Program-made: the position numbers and the translations under genes | The notes under the pieces: model-generated | The model's database searches: none | The model's input: the letters and a program-made list of their open reading frames with translations, nothing else | Told to the model about the DNA's origin: nothing | Source of the DNA: Antedon mediterranea | Lineage: Eukaryota > Animalia > Echinodermata | Direction: 5' to 3' | NCBI RefSeq assembly: GCF_964355755.1 | Contig: NC_092676.1 | Location: 8,347,888 to 8,411,887 of the forward strand | DNA: 64,000 nucleotides | Shown here: positions 14,801 through 26,879 of the stretch, piece after piece | How the letters are laid out: the number at the start of each line of letters is the position of its first letter | Numbering within the stretch: position 1 is the first letter of the stretch

Positions 14801-17800
14801 TATTTAGAAAAATTCAACATTTATAATTAAATAATAATAATATTTTCATGCACATCCAACAATAAACTCGCAAATTACATGATGATATAAGGATAATTTA
14901 TCATGTTAATAAATTAGGTCTCATTTGAGGCTTAGAGAGAGAGAGAGGCATAGAAAGTGTCGAGGGGTATAACCCTGGTACTCGGTCAGGATTGAACTCT
15001 GGTACTAGGTGAAGATTGAACTCATGGTACTAGGTCAGGATTGAACCCTGGCACTAGGTCAGGGTTGAACCCTGGTACTAGGTCAGGATTGAATCCTAGA
15101 CCTTGGAATTGGAAGGCAAGCACAGTAACCGTCAAACCACAGTTCCTCTACTAATTTCTTACCAATTGATAGTATTGAAGAATCCTGAAGTAGAAATAAA
15201 ACTTCATCATAGAGAAAAGATGGTGATGATTTTCCTTCCTGCAATAAAGACAAATCATTTATTTAAATATCTTTGAATATTATATAGGGGAAGATCCAGG
15301 AGGCAGGGAGCGCTAGAGGCTTTGATATCTATTATTACCAGACAATTAATACATGTTAGATATGATACTGTATAATGCAAAAAATTAGAGATCTGTTGGG
15401 GTGGCAATGCTACTGAACTCAAATGGTCTAGAGCAGGATTGTAAGAAGAGCAAGGTTGATCGTCTTGTAGGAAGAGCGGTGGTGGTAAATGGTGAGGATC
15501 ATCAGTCGGTTGAGTCTTTCTACTTTAATTTAAATACGAATTAACTTGGTAAGATGTTTGGTGGTGTTTCAAAAGATGCGAGTCATCCGCTCCACTGATA
15601 TATCACCTTTCAGAAAAGTGGCAGATCTTGACACCAGTCGTTAATCATGCTCATTTGTGCTATCAAGCACAAAAATATTTAATTCTAATTTTAAAAATGT
15701 TTATATTTTGTATTTTTTATATTAATTTGTATTTTTAATATACGTATATTGAAAATTACAAGCACCTAGTTTCCCACAGTGAGGAATGAATAAAGTTTTA
15801 CTTTAACTTTGAGATTGGAATTGACTGTGGTTTCCTCTTTGAAATTGCACATTCGTTTGCTTATTATACAAATAAGTACGACTCGGCACTTTTTCATTTC
15901 TGAAATTTAACTTTTTGATCGATCTTTACCAGACAAAATCTCTTTGAATTTTTGTCTAATTTGCAAATAATATCTAAAAGTTTTGTAATTTTTTCATCAA
16001 TATTTTTAGGGTTATGTTGATACTAATATACTGACCTCTTGTTTAAATGACATAAGCTGAGAGTACTGTGTATTGAGGTCTTTAAACTGACTGAGTAATG
16101 AGTCCATACTCTCACTCAAGTCACTCTCAAGTTTGTTATCAGAGAACAGTGAGCACAGCCTCTCCTGCTCATTTACTACAGCATCTGGTTTACTGCCCTC
16201 TTTATTCTAAAATAAAAGTACAGTAGTGTGGTATAAACAAGGGAATTAAATATCTGTATATAATTCTTTACATTAAACCATGAAAACATACAACAAATCT
16301 TCATCTGGATATTAGTGGTTGCTAGGAGTATTGTAGCTTTGCTAGTTGTAGAACAGCCCCCCTTATTCGTATAGAAGTCTATATTACCTGTTGCAAGAGT
16401 GCAAGCAAGATTGCAGGGTTCTGAAACATTTCTGGTTTCAACAGTTCTGTAGTTGTAGACATTGTATTCATGTCACCTGATTTATCAACGACTAACATCT
16501 GTTTGAGGGCGACATTACTAGCAAGTCTGTCTTGGCCAAACTCTTCTAGTTGGCAGCTGTCTTGTAGCTTGTCCACATCTGTCATCTGTAAGTAAATGAA
16601 TGTAAATATTATTGATGTAGTTTCTCAGTAGCACTTTTTAAAATGATTTTAAAAAGAGTGTGTGTCATCTAATGCATGTTATCTAATATTAGGAATACAG
16701 GTCAGGATTGCGAAGAGTTAAAAATAATTGTTCTCCAGAGAGGTGGCATCCTATTTGACAGGACACTAAAACGGTTAAAACACATGATGTTCTACACAAA
16801 CCAAGTCTTAAAACAAGTCTTCAGAAGTGGAGACATCCAACAGGATGCAGAAAAAAACCCAGAAAAATTGTTTTTAAAATGACAAAATAAACAGTACATT
16901 CAACCAAAAACCCATTGGCTGGCAGCCAATTTGACTATTTTTAAAATTTGTTTTATTTCATACATATTCAACAGCTATTACGGATAAACTATTTAATAAC
17001 TTTAAATTAAAGTTTTTTTCAGGTAACTTTTTGTTTTAATCAAATTTTTGGTCAAAATGAATAACTATTATGTGACATTAAAATTGCATATTCAACAAAA
17101 AAATACTTTATATTAATTTTACCTGCAATTCCCACATTCCTTTGCAACTCCATACTCCAATGCTGGGCACTGGACCAAACCCTCTCCACATGTGGATATC
17201 ACTATCACCAAGACTGTGCATGTCAATCTCCTGTGTGACGTTTCCAGACTTCAAACAATACATCCTTTTGATTATATATATATAAACAAATTAGTACAAA
17301 ATGTGACAGTACTGCCTATGTATTTTAGTTTTATATTTCCAAACCAAAAAAAAGCAAACACATAACTTGAAGGGATACAGGATTGAAACCCATGCAGTCC
17401 AAACTAAGTATTATAGGCTTACAGTGCTGTACTGGCCACCAGATAAATGTCGGAACCATGACAGGATTTGAACAAAGGAATCTGGGGTTGCCAATCAAGC
17501 ATGTCAACAGTGCCACTAACTATAAATATGTTGTTAAAAGGCCAATTTACACAGACAAGCGATAAGGGTAAGTGGTATAAACAGAAAACATGTTATTTGT
17601 ATGTTATTTTCACAAAACGCAGAGCGTACAGGCATCGATCGGAAACCTTCGCAGGATATACAGCTTTACTACGTTGAAACACCGGTTCTTGTCAGATCAC
17701 CAAAGTTAAGCAATGTTGGGCCTGGTGATAGTTTGGATGGGAGACCATCTGGGAATATCGGGTGCTGTATATGAAGCTGAGGTCCCGTTAGGCATTTGAA

Positions 17801-20800
17801 ATTAGCATTGCTGTCTCTGCATCTACTATCCGCCTCAGACATCTGGTCAACGTGGGCACTGGCTGAGAGAAGCCCTTGATCAATGTTAGGACCAATCAAG
17901 ATGCTTTAAACAGTCCTGGCTTTGTTTGTATCAAACCTGTTAGTGGCGGTAATTATAGCTGTTGGTTTCGATTGAATGCAATAAAAATAAAATAAATAAA
18001 ATAAAAATATACAGATTCTACATGGGACAAGCATGCGATTTCAGCTAAGCGTTACCACTTGTATGTGTAAATTGGTCTTAATGCAATTTCAAGTATTTCC
18101 TTTAATTAAGATGAATGAAGTACAGTTGGGTCTAAGGGCTCGTTCAGAAGTAGGTATTAACCTGGGCAAGTTGGTTTCTTAGGCCAATCGCTGACTTTAG
18201 TGGGTAGGTCACCAACTTACCTGGGTAAATATATAAGCCTGAATAGCCCATAAGAAACATCAGTATTGGCTTAATCTGTGCAGCAGCAGTGGCCTGATTT
18301 TAAACAAACATATAAATTACACATTCACCTTATTCTTGACTGATCTACAGCAACAAGTCTGTTTCTGAAGACTACGAATAATTCTTGTTTAAAGTACTGG
18401 TAATTTTTTAGCCATATGGTTCTTGTAATCTCTAAATAAGAAAATAACATTATCAATTTTTATAGCATAAATGAACGAAACATCCGCATAATAGTGTGAC
18501 CCCTGAAAAGGGATTTCCCAAAGGAGGGGTTCTATCGTAGAACAACCCATTTTTTGGACACCTGTTTTAAGCTCTGTCTACACTTTCAAATGTAGTTTGA
18601 TAAAAAAAAATTGTGGTGTGCCCAAATATGGCAGTTATATGCTGAAATATGGTAGTGATATGACGTCATCGTGTCCATATGTGGGCACATCACATTTTTT
18701 TTGTCAAGTTTGAGAGTGTAAACAGGGCTTTTGGGTGAACTTCTTTCTGGTGCCAAAAACAAGAACAAATATATCTGAAATATATAGCTATCTATTCTCC
18801 TACAGACAACATTGAGACGAGTGGCCAAGCGGTTAAGACAGAGGGCACCACGATCCATAGCTATACAATTGGCACAGGTTCAATTCAGTCCTCGACCATT
18901 GTTCGAGTGGTAGAACAAGTCTTTTTGGATAAGGACTAAAAACTGTAGGTCCAGTGTACACATTTTGCTTGTTTGCACTATAAAGAACCCAGTTCATCTT
19001 TCAGAAGAGTAGGGTATTACCCTGGTGTACTGGTCCATTCAGCCTCTGTCATTGTAAACAGACGAATAGGTGCCGTTTTGTGGCAGCACTCGACACGAAT
19101 GGTCCCTTAGGGGAGAATAAAGTTATTGCATGTGCCGTCCACACCTGTGTGCAATTCAGACCAGTTAGGCTGCAAGTCACATATATATATATTTTTTGGG
19201 CCACAATAATTCATTCCATTGATACTTACTACTTTCTTTACCCAGAATATCCACCTTTCCATCACTGTGTACAATCAGTAGCTCTTTATCGATTTCATTT
19301 ATAAGCTTTGAAATTACTCTACAGCTGTTGACCTAGAATTTAAAACTTTAATATTTAAGTTTAATATAATAATATGCCAAGCAATGTTCTCAAATCTCAA
19401 ACATAAATTCCAGCTTAAGGGTGGTATATTGAATTTTGATTTACTGTTGATGTTACGCTATAATATTAATTTATTTAATGATTCAACACTTTTTTACGAG
19501 GGTGGTAATTAGGGACCCTCACAACAATTTGACAATAACTAAAAATCAAATTTAAATAAATAGCATTTCTAAAAATTAACAAAATAAAATAAAGAAAAAC
19601 AAATTAGAAACAAAAAGGAAAATCAATTAAAACAATAAATTAAATTGGCCATCTCAGAGAGAAAAGACAGGAGATAGGAAGCAATATATTTTGATAGCAG
19701 GATAGAATTTGGTTAAGGGTGAAAACATGGATGTGAAGGTCCTTAAATTTAAGTAAATATCTGTAGTAATAAAACTAGGGAAATAAAAAAAAAAGCTGTA
19801 AAGGCTATACATATTAAACTTCTATAATTTAAAATGGTGTTACAATATATACCATTAATACACATGCTAGCCTTGAATGAGGATGTACTCACTTGGGACC
19901 AGATATGAATAAGATTTCTTGCGACTACTTTAAAATCTATGCTTTGTTCTTGTCTGTTGTCACTAACTTTCTTGGCTAGTATGTAAGTCCTTATGGAAAA
20001 CTTGCCTCCAATACCATTGAGATACAGAACCAAAAATAGACCAGGAGGACCAGAGTTGCTGGAAAAACAAGCAAAAAAATATTAGAAGGACCTGGAAAAA
20101 GCATAAAACATAATAGGTTTTATTAAAATCATACATAATTTACACCATTTTTTAACCAATAGACAAATATCTATTACCTTGGCCAAATGTATATCCTATC
20201 GTTAATTTCATAAAAGTCTACTTCTGGGCAATTTGAAAGAAGTGTCTGCACAGGCCCAATATTTGTTATATCTTTTCCACCTAAACAAGAAAAATTAACA
20301 ATACTATTATTGATTCTTAGTAAAGTTTTATGTATCTTTAAGACTACCCTATTCAGGACACCCCTATTTAGGAGGACACCCCTATTTAGGAGGACACCCC
20401 TATTCAGGAGGACACACCTATTCAGGAGGACACCCCTATTCAGGGGACACCCCTATTCAGGAGGACACCTCTATTTAGGATGACACCCCTATTCAGGAGG
20501 ACACCCCTATTCAGGAGGACACCCCTATTTAGGAGGACACCTCTATTCAGGAGGACACCCCTATTAAGGAGGACACTCTTATTCAGGAGGATACCCTTAT
20601 TCAGGAGGACACCCCTATTAAGGAGGATACTCTTATTCAGGAGGATACCCTTATTCAGGAGGACACCCCTATTTAGGGGACACCCCTATTCAGGAGGACA
20701 CCCCTATTTAGGAGGACACCCTTATTCAGGAGGACACCCCTATTTAGGAGGACACCCTTATTCAGGACACACCTATTCAGGGGACACTCCTATTCAGGAG

Positions 20801-23259
20801 GACACCCCTATTTAGGAGGACACCCCTATTTAGGGGACACCTCTATTTAGGAGGAAGCCCCTATTTAGGAGGAAACCCCTATTTAGGAGGACACCCCTAT
20901 TTAGGAGGACACCCCTATTCAAGAGGACACCCCTATTTAGGATGCCCCAATTAAGGGGATGCCCCTATTAAGGGGACACCCCTATTCAGGAGTACACCCC
21001 TATTTAGGAGGACAACCCTATTTATAATGACAACCCTATTTAGGAGTACATCCCTATTCAGGAGGACACACCTATTGAGGATGCCTCTATTAAGGGGACA
21101 CCCCTATTCAGGAGGACACCCCTATTCAGGAGGTCACCCCCATAAAGGGAACACCCACATTCAGGAGGTCACCCCCATTAAGGGGACACCCCTATTCAGG
21201 AGGTCACCCCCAGTAAGGGGACACCCCTATAAAGCAGGTCACTCCTATTAAGGGTGACCTATTCTGGCGATACAATTTATAATAATAAAAATAATAAAAT
21301 ATAATATTTTACGATTAAGGCTAGCCCCTATTCAGTGTGTTCCTGATAGTGTTCCCACTGCGAGATACTCTATTTTTGTAGCTAAAATAATTGAGTAGGC
21401 CGAGTAACCTTTTTCCAGTGATCTAATATTCACTGAATTACTGCAGTCATCCTCTGGATCTGGGTTCTTCTCCAACCAAACCACTTGGTTACGCTCTTCT
21501 AGTATAACCACTCTAGAAATGGTGGCGCCCTTCGTTTTGCAGATTGAGAATTGGTGAACTTTGCTCCACGAGTGACTACCGGTAATGTGTTTCCAGATTT
21601 CCACATCACCATCTTCATGAAACTGAACACAAAAAAGAGGAGAGACTTAGCAAGAGAATGACTCAAAATATTGGGAAATTTCCACAATTAAATTTGGGAG
21701 TAGAGTTGTGGCTTGGTGGTTATGATGCTTTGCTACCAATCCTCGGTCCTGGGTTCGAGTCCTGTCATATGTCAGGATTTTTTCTAATGACAAATTACAA
21801 CTCCACTCCCAAAGACTTTGTTTATGTAGAGCATCTTGCATATATATTTGTCTTGTGAATGAGAATGACAAATTACAACTCCACTCCAAAAGACAATGAA
21901 TGAATTTGCTTATCATTATCCTTGGCAATTTGCCTAAATATACAAACAAAACAAAGGTTTGCCATTAACATACAGAAAGACTCTCTGTGCATGTTATGTA
22001 GATAGGACCTTAATATCCCATACGAAAGATGAGGAAACAAGTGTGAAGCAAAATGACTATGGAAGCAAACAAGATACATAATAATATACGTGTTCTTGTA
22101 AAGCGCCGAATTCCAACGATTGGATCATTGCTCATGGCACTGTGGACTAAGATGTTACACTTTTCAACTACATGCTTCTCTCCTAAAGGTCACGTCATGT
22201 CAGTGCAGCAACTTTAACGCTTGGTTCCCACTAGGACGTAACGCAACGACGTAAGCAATCAAACCAATTACAAGTGATTGTGATTGGTCAACTCACTTGC
22301 GTTGCACTTACGTTGCGTCCTAGTGTGAACCAAGCTTAAGGTTCTCTCTCTCATCTGTCCAGTCAAATTCCCTACTACTGTACCACATCACTACACACTT
22401 AAATTAGATTTATTTTTGTAAAGTATAATTGTAAATTCTTACTATAAAAGCAACATTCCAATTTGCTCGTAGAACATGGACATGAATTATCGGTGAAACA
22501 CCCGACAGAAAGAAGGTAAATGGCTTACACACTGTAGAAGTCTGAGGAGAAATAAAATTAGTGGCGTAATGCAGTGGCCTGGAGGTCTTGGACGTTCTCA
22601 GCCCTTTTCGACATATTCTAATGCCTGTTATTTCCTCATGGGCCCTGCTCAGAGACCCCGTAAGCTCCAGGGCCTCTGGGTTTAGCCAGTGAGCGCTCAT
22701 AGCTGTTACATCACTGGAAACAAGATGTATTGCCATACGCATATGAAATGTGTGGCCTACATCATTGTATGATTAAATAAATTAGAAAAATGTCGCCTAA
22801 AATCATTTGAACAAAAGTTGTCACAGCCGGTACAACTAGCCTATTCGCATAAATGCGAAGTTGGCAGTCAATGGGTTAAAGGATTAAATACATACAGTAC
22901 CTTAGCGTCTACTGGGAAAGCATCAAACACCTGTAGTGTTTGAATATCCTTCTGCATAAATAGGTGTCCAGGTGTGCAGAATAATTTGAATATGTCATTA
23001 CTTTGAAAGGCTGTTTCAAGCACCTGAAGAACAAAACAGAATATTCTATATTATGAAAATTATTTGACTAATGAATAGAATAAATAAAAATGATAAATGA
23101 GGAAAGTTTAGTGTACACAAGGTAAACACACAAAACAGATTGCCAGAATTAAAAACACATACTGTAGGCCTAGATATAAATAATAAGACAACAAATAGCG
23201 CATACTGTTACAGGCTGGTAGTGGATATGACTTGAAACTTTTCGGAACTTAAACATCAT
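8895..23259 (-). CDS. HPS6: Hermansky-Pudlak syndrome 6 protein homologue (BLOC-2 subunit), 18 coding exons, ~752 aa
   Basis: GT-AG exons with consistent phases: 23259-23206, 23023-22901, 21622-21409, 20280-20178, 20058-19893, 19332-19230, 18431-18329, 17264-17123, 16585-16388, 16206-16036, 15238-15163, 14794-14696, 14298-14138, 13293-13216, 12755-12655, 10433-10289, 9498-9437, 9054-8895 (TAA). Blocks are colinear with human HPS6 as recalled: EDGDVEIW~ESGLAEVW, ICKTKGATISRV~LCPGGGARVVAV, VVWLE~LVWCE, NIRSLE~CVRTLE, LLSNCP~LLHHCP, LLIVHSDGKVDIL~LLLLDFGGTVSLL, FQNPAILLALLQ~FRAPQALASILQ, FPLFSFICKLIFIECPHILINFIHLVQ~[35 protein letters not shown]~KEQWDRAL. Confidence 0.88.
9120..9421. mobile_element. 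TA-flanked MITE (Tc1/mariner-pogo-like), TIR CYGTATTTATTYGAATAAAYGCCCC
   Basis: Inverted ends flanked by TA. A second copy at ~36490-36717. Confidence 0.65.
9566..9878. mobile_element. TTAA-flanked MITE, family C (TTAAAGATGTATTGTCCCC...GGGGACAATACATCTTTAA), Kolobok-like
   Basis: TIRs with AG...CT termini inside TTAA. Copies at 10612-10949, 53189-53560 and 62626-62927; partials at ~16870-17100 and 26627-26840. Confidence 0.75.
10081..10260 (+). mobile_element. Short DINE/HINE-type non-autonomous Helentron
   Basis: 5' TTACCTTCAC...GTGAGAGGTTAT fold-back; 3' AGAGGT then the GCGCTCTCCGAGTGC hairpin and CTAGTTT. Confidence 0.6.
11040..12516 (+). mobile_element. 1.47-kb non-autonomous Helentron/DINE-like (HINE) element in HPS6 intron 15
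   Basis: 5' subTIR AGGTTATATGCA with an adjacent inverted copy TGCATATAACCT; (TTTA)n microsatellite; 3' subTIR TGCATATAACCT (12472); hairpin AATTCGTCA-TAG-TGACGAATT; CTAGTT end. Confidence 0.75.
12845..13082. mobile_element. TA-flanked palindromic MITE (CTGTYAAATT...AATTTGACAG) with an internal ~49-bp duplication
   Basis: Extended imperfect inverted repeat. Confidence 0.6.
14970..15148 (-). repeat. tRNA-SINE head whose B-box segment is amplified into a ~24-bp tandem repeat
   Basis: Minus strand reads TGGTTTGACGG...GGATTCAATCC, followed by repeats of tgacctagtaccagggttcaatcc. Confidence 0.65.
15370..15810 (+). mobile_element. Decayed LINE 3' end (Rex1/Babar-like)
   Basis: Remnant ...DASHPLH...QKSGRS, then a T-rich 3' UTR and AATAAA. 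Same type as 48300-49070. Confidence 0.5.
17656..18014 (+). mobile_element. 5S rRNA-derived SINE (SINE3 type) inserted in a Harbinger-like MITE (17535-18081)
   Basis: 17660-17770 follows 5S rRNA (ACGTTGAAACACCGGTTCT.GTC.GATCACC.AAGTTAAGCAA...TGGATGGGAGACC..CTGGGAA...GGGTGCTGTA) with many substitutions. Then a ~210-bp unrelated body, an A-rich tail and a flanking ATATACAG direct repeat. Confidence 0.8.
18812..19140 (+). mobile_element. tRNA-derived Deu/Nin-domain SINE
   Basis: A box TGGCCAAGCGG; same central domain as 5489-5841 but a different 3' part. Confidence 0.7.
20345..21265. repeat. Minisatellite, 17/18-bp unit ACACCCCTATTCAGG(A)GG, about 50 copies, in HPS6 intron 3
   Basis: Direct tandem array; explains the spurious TPLFRR and GHPYSG ORFs. 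Confidence 0.95.
21695..21893 (+). mobile_element. tRNA-derived SINE (3'-truncated)
   Basis: A box TGGCTTGGTGG and B box GGTTCGAGTCC. The same family occurs on the minus strand at 49790-50033 and 50125-50368. Confidence 0.75.
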
Positions 23260-26200
23260 CTGAAAAAAAGATATATATATATAATTTAGGCATAGGCACT
23301 TTGACTTCACTGTTTTCAAGGACAGTGTAGATAGCACTCGGACAACAAACATAGTTCATTAGTAATACTAGGCTTCATAATATAGTAGTACTACTTAGGA
23401 CTGGAATGTAAATAGTTTTTTATTCATTACATATGTTACACATTCATGAGTTGGGTACTACAGTACTATACTAAGCTAAATTATATACTGTACTTCTACT
23501 GGTGGGGTTCACACTAATTATTAATCTACGCTTAGAAGTGATGGTAGGGTTCTGGGATATAAAATCTTATCAAAACAAATTATACACAATACATGTCTAC
23601 GCCTAGTCGTGGATGGAATTCCTTTCTCGGGCCTCAGGCCCTTGTATGTAACCTAAAAGAATACATCCGTCTAGGGAAATGGCGAGAAAGACGATGTTCA
23701 ACAAAGAAGATGGTGAGTAAAAAAAATAACAACAAAAAAACCAAGGTACTACCAATTCAGCCATCCGACAGGCTTACGATGCACCGATATTATAAGACAT
23801 TACCCTAGTCTTTTATCAAAAACCATAGGGGGTGTTATATAGGCGTAGTAGTAGATATTGCCTGGAGATTGTATCTATGACTAGGCTAGGCCTAGGCCTA
23901 GTTAGGGCCTTAGTTTAGGCGTATGTTATTAAAATGCATTCCATTGTAAAAAATAAAAAATGTTATGGTTGTACACGACGATAGACGATAACCTCGTGAT
24001 CATCCTAACTTAACACTAACAGAGTAGGCCTAGCCTAGATAGTAACTACTACACCCTGCAGATAGGCCTACCAGCTAGGCCCTCCTACCTAGTTAGGGGC
24101 AGGGTCAGCCAGGCCTAGGCCCGGGTTAGATCCATCTCGGCCGCCGACAATCTCGGCCGCCGGATTAAAAACCCGAATTGTATGGCGCGCCACCGATGCT
24201 TGTATTGTGAGTAATACTGTAGGCCTAGTGTGTTTGCGGAAATGTAATGCATACGCACGTATTCTACACTAATTAATACATTCATTAATTCATTAATTAA
24301 CTTTTAATTAATGTTTTAATAAATGCTTTTTTTTTAAATTTTCAGATTAATAGATTAGTAGTAGTGATATCAATTCATAGCCTAATGGACGACGAATAAG
24401 AATACTTACAATATAAACAACTTTAAGTAAATATTTCATTTTATTGAACAGTAACAATTATTATATAAAAAGTCATAATCAAAAAAATCAAGTTTACAGA
24501 AATGTCAACATTATATTATTTTAAACTATTATTCCGTTTACAATTTTAATTTCAAGTTACAAATTAACTGATATAATAAATAAATGAATATTCATGCATA
24601 CAGTAACAGAATTGAGATAATGTGTGCGTTATTAAGCTTAGTTGCGTCTGACGTCAAGAGTTAAGTTGTTCGGTTAAAGTAGTCTGCTGGCAGTTGTGAG
24701 AAGCGAGTGTACTGATCGTTGACCATCGCTGTATTCTTGCCACATTCTGCTCAATCTTGCATTGGTTGCTGCTGCATGTGTAGTCTGTACTCGCAGGTTG
24801 TCCTCCCTGAATACTAGTTCAGCATTAATACCAACCGCCACCGCCTCTTCGTACAACAATTCGCATAATAGGTAGAATGGTATGTTCGCTAGAAAAGGAA
24901 AAAAAAAAGAGATTAAGACATTTAAATACAAAGTACATCATATCGCACGTAATGGACAGGTACAATGGGATTTGTGCGGTTTTTTTATTCTGTAAGAAAA
25001 GAGAAATAACGTATTTTTGTTTGACGTCTACGAACAGAATTTTTTCCTGTAGGAAAAGAAAAAAAATATTAAGACATTCAATGGAGAAACTTGAGGTAGA
25101 CATCGGCGTACGTCAGGTAAGGTATGATGCAGAACGGAATTTTGTTACTGTTGGAAAAGGAAAAAAATATTAAGACATTCAATAGCAGACAAAAACGTAC
25201 CTCGTTTGGCTCTGTTGTTAAGACGGCGGTGCCAACCTTCCAAATCATTGTTTGTGCGGATGTTTTGGCGGTATACGACCCAATCTTCAGGAGAAAACAC
25301 ATTACCCTGGATCAATGTGGTCCGCATGTACATCATTAAGTCAGCCAGTGCCAGCACACCACCATCCAGTTGTTCAAGTTCACGAAATACGGCGTCGATG
25401 TGTTCCAACGGCAGAACGGGGAGGGCCATGAGCTGTCGGATTGTCTGCAAGAAATGTTGGTATTAATTATGTTACGATTCCCGATTGATAACTGCAATAA
25501 ACAAATAGTCCAGTCCCTAAGGGGAGAAAAAGGGGTGGGATGTTACCAGACTGGATACAAATTTTTCAATATAGCAGTTTGGTAGAGTATAGTGTGGAGA
25601 TGCCAAAACAAAGTTACTGGAAATCTGATTTGACCTCTGTGACCTCTGACCTCAATTTTTATATTTTTCTATTATATAACTAAAAATCGCCATATCTTGA
25701 CAACGCAGGGACATTTTGTTTTATTATTTTTTTTTCAAAATGCTTGGAAGATATATATTTATATTCGCTATAATGAAAAAAATTGTACAAAAATGGCCGC
25801 AAAGGCTTTATTTTTCAGTTTGACCTTTGACCTTGATTGCCTAATATCTCAATAACACGCAATCTCAGAGATTTGAGAATGGGCTCAAAATGTTAAGAAA
25901 ATAAATCTAATATTTAGTCTAATAGAAACTTTTTTCAAAAAATTACCATAAATTAAGCTTTTTTGACCCTTGACCTCTAATGTTTGAATATGTCAATATC
26001 TCGGTAACTATTTGTCCTAAAAAGTTCAGTTTGGTGTCAAATTGTTTAGAATATACACATTTATATTTGCTCTAACAAAATATTTTGTCAGAATTCAATT
26101 GGAAATGTCATTTTGAGCTATGACCCATCGTTTTGCATATATTTTGCAATTTATAATCTATAAAAAGAGATCGAGAGAGGGGAGGGGGTTGGGGTGGATG

Positions 26201-26879
26201 GAGAGACACATATTTTTGTTACATGTTACACAAATGTTAAACTTTGTCTACACTATAACATTTTTATGTGACAAAAAAATGTGATGTGCCCATATATGGA
26301 CACGATGAATGACATATCACTACCATATTTGGGCACATCACACCTTTTTTGTTAAACTAGTTTATAGTGTAGACAAACATGTAAAAAATATGTGTCTCTC
26401 CATCAACCCAACCACCTCCCCCTCTCTTGCTTTTCCAATGCTACTGCATGCATCTATACACATCAAAATGGCCCGAATTGTACTGGAAAGTTTTTAGCTG
26501 CATTTGAAAATAAGTCCCAGAGGATGGGTGTATTGTAATGTTATCAGAATTATGGCAATTGTTTGTAATGGGAATCCGAAAGTTTTAAAACTACATTTGA
26601 AATATTTGCTAATAATATCACATGCTATTAAAGATATACTTATTTTCCCCCTGACAAAAGTAATTTTGACAAATATTTTTGTTGAATATGCAATTTTAAT
26701 GTCACACATAATAGTTTCACCAAAATTGGATTGAAAAAAAAATGATATAGTGCATACCCAAAAAAACTGTAATTCAAAGCAAAAAATAGGCTGGAAGTCA
26801 ATGTGATTTTGGATAAATTAACTGTTTATTTTGTCTTTAAAGTGATATTTACTCTATTTTTTAGGTTAGCTCTTTGATT

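Noticed and set aside
17660-17770. Functional 5S rRNA gene
   Set aside because: Many substitutions, no terminator, and it continues into a SINE body and A-tail.
20480-21251. ORFs with TPLFRR and GHPYSG repeats
   Set aside because: Translations of the 17/18-bp minisatellite, antisense within an HPS6 intron.
22410-22742. 110-aa minus-strand ORF within HPS6 intron 2
   Set aside because: No suitable splice sites or HPS6 similarity; it lies in a repeat-like segment ending GGGTTAA (TTAA-type DNA element).
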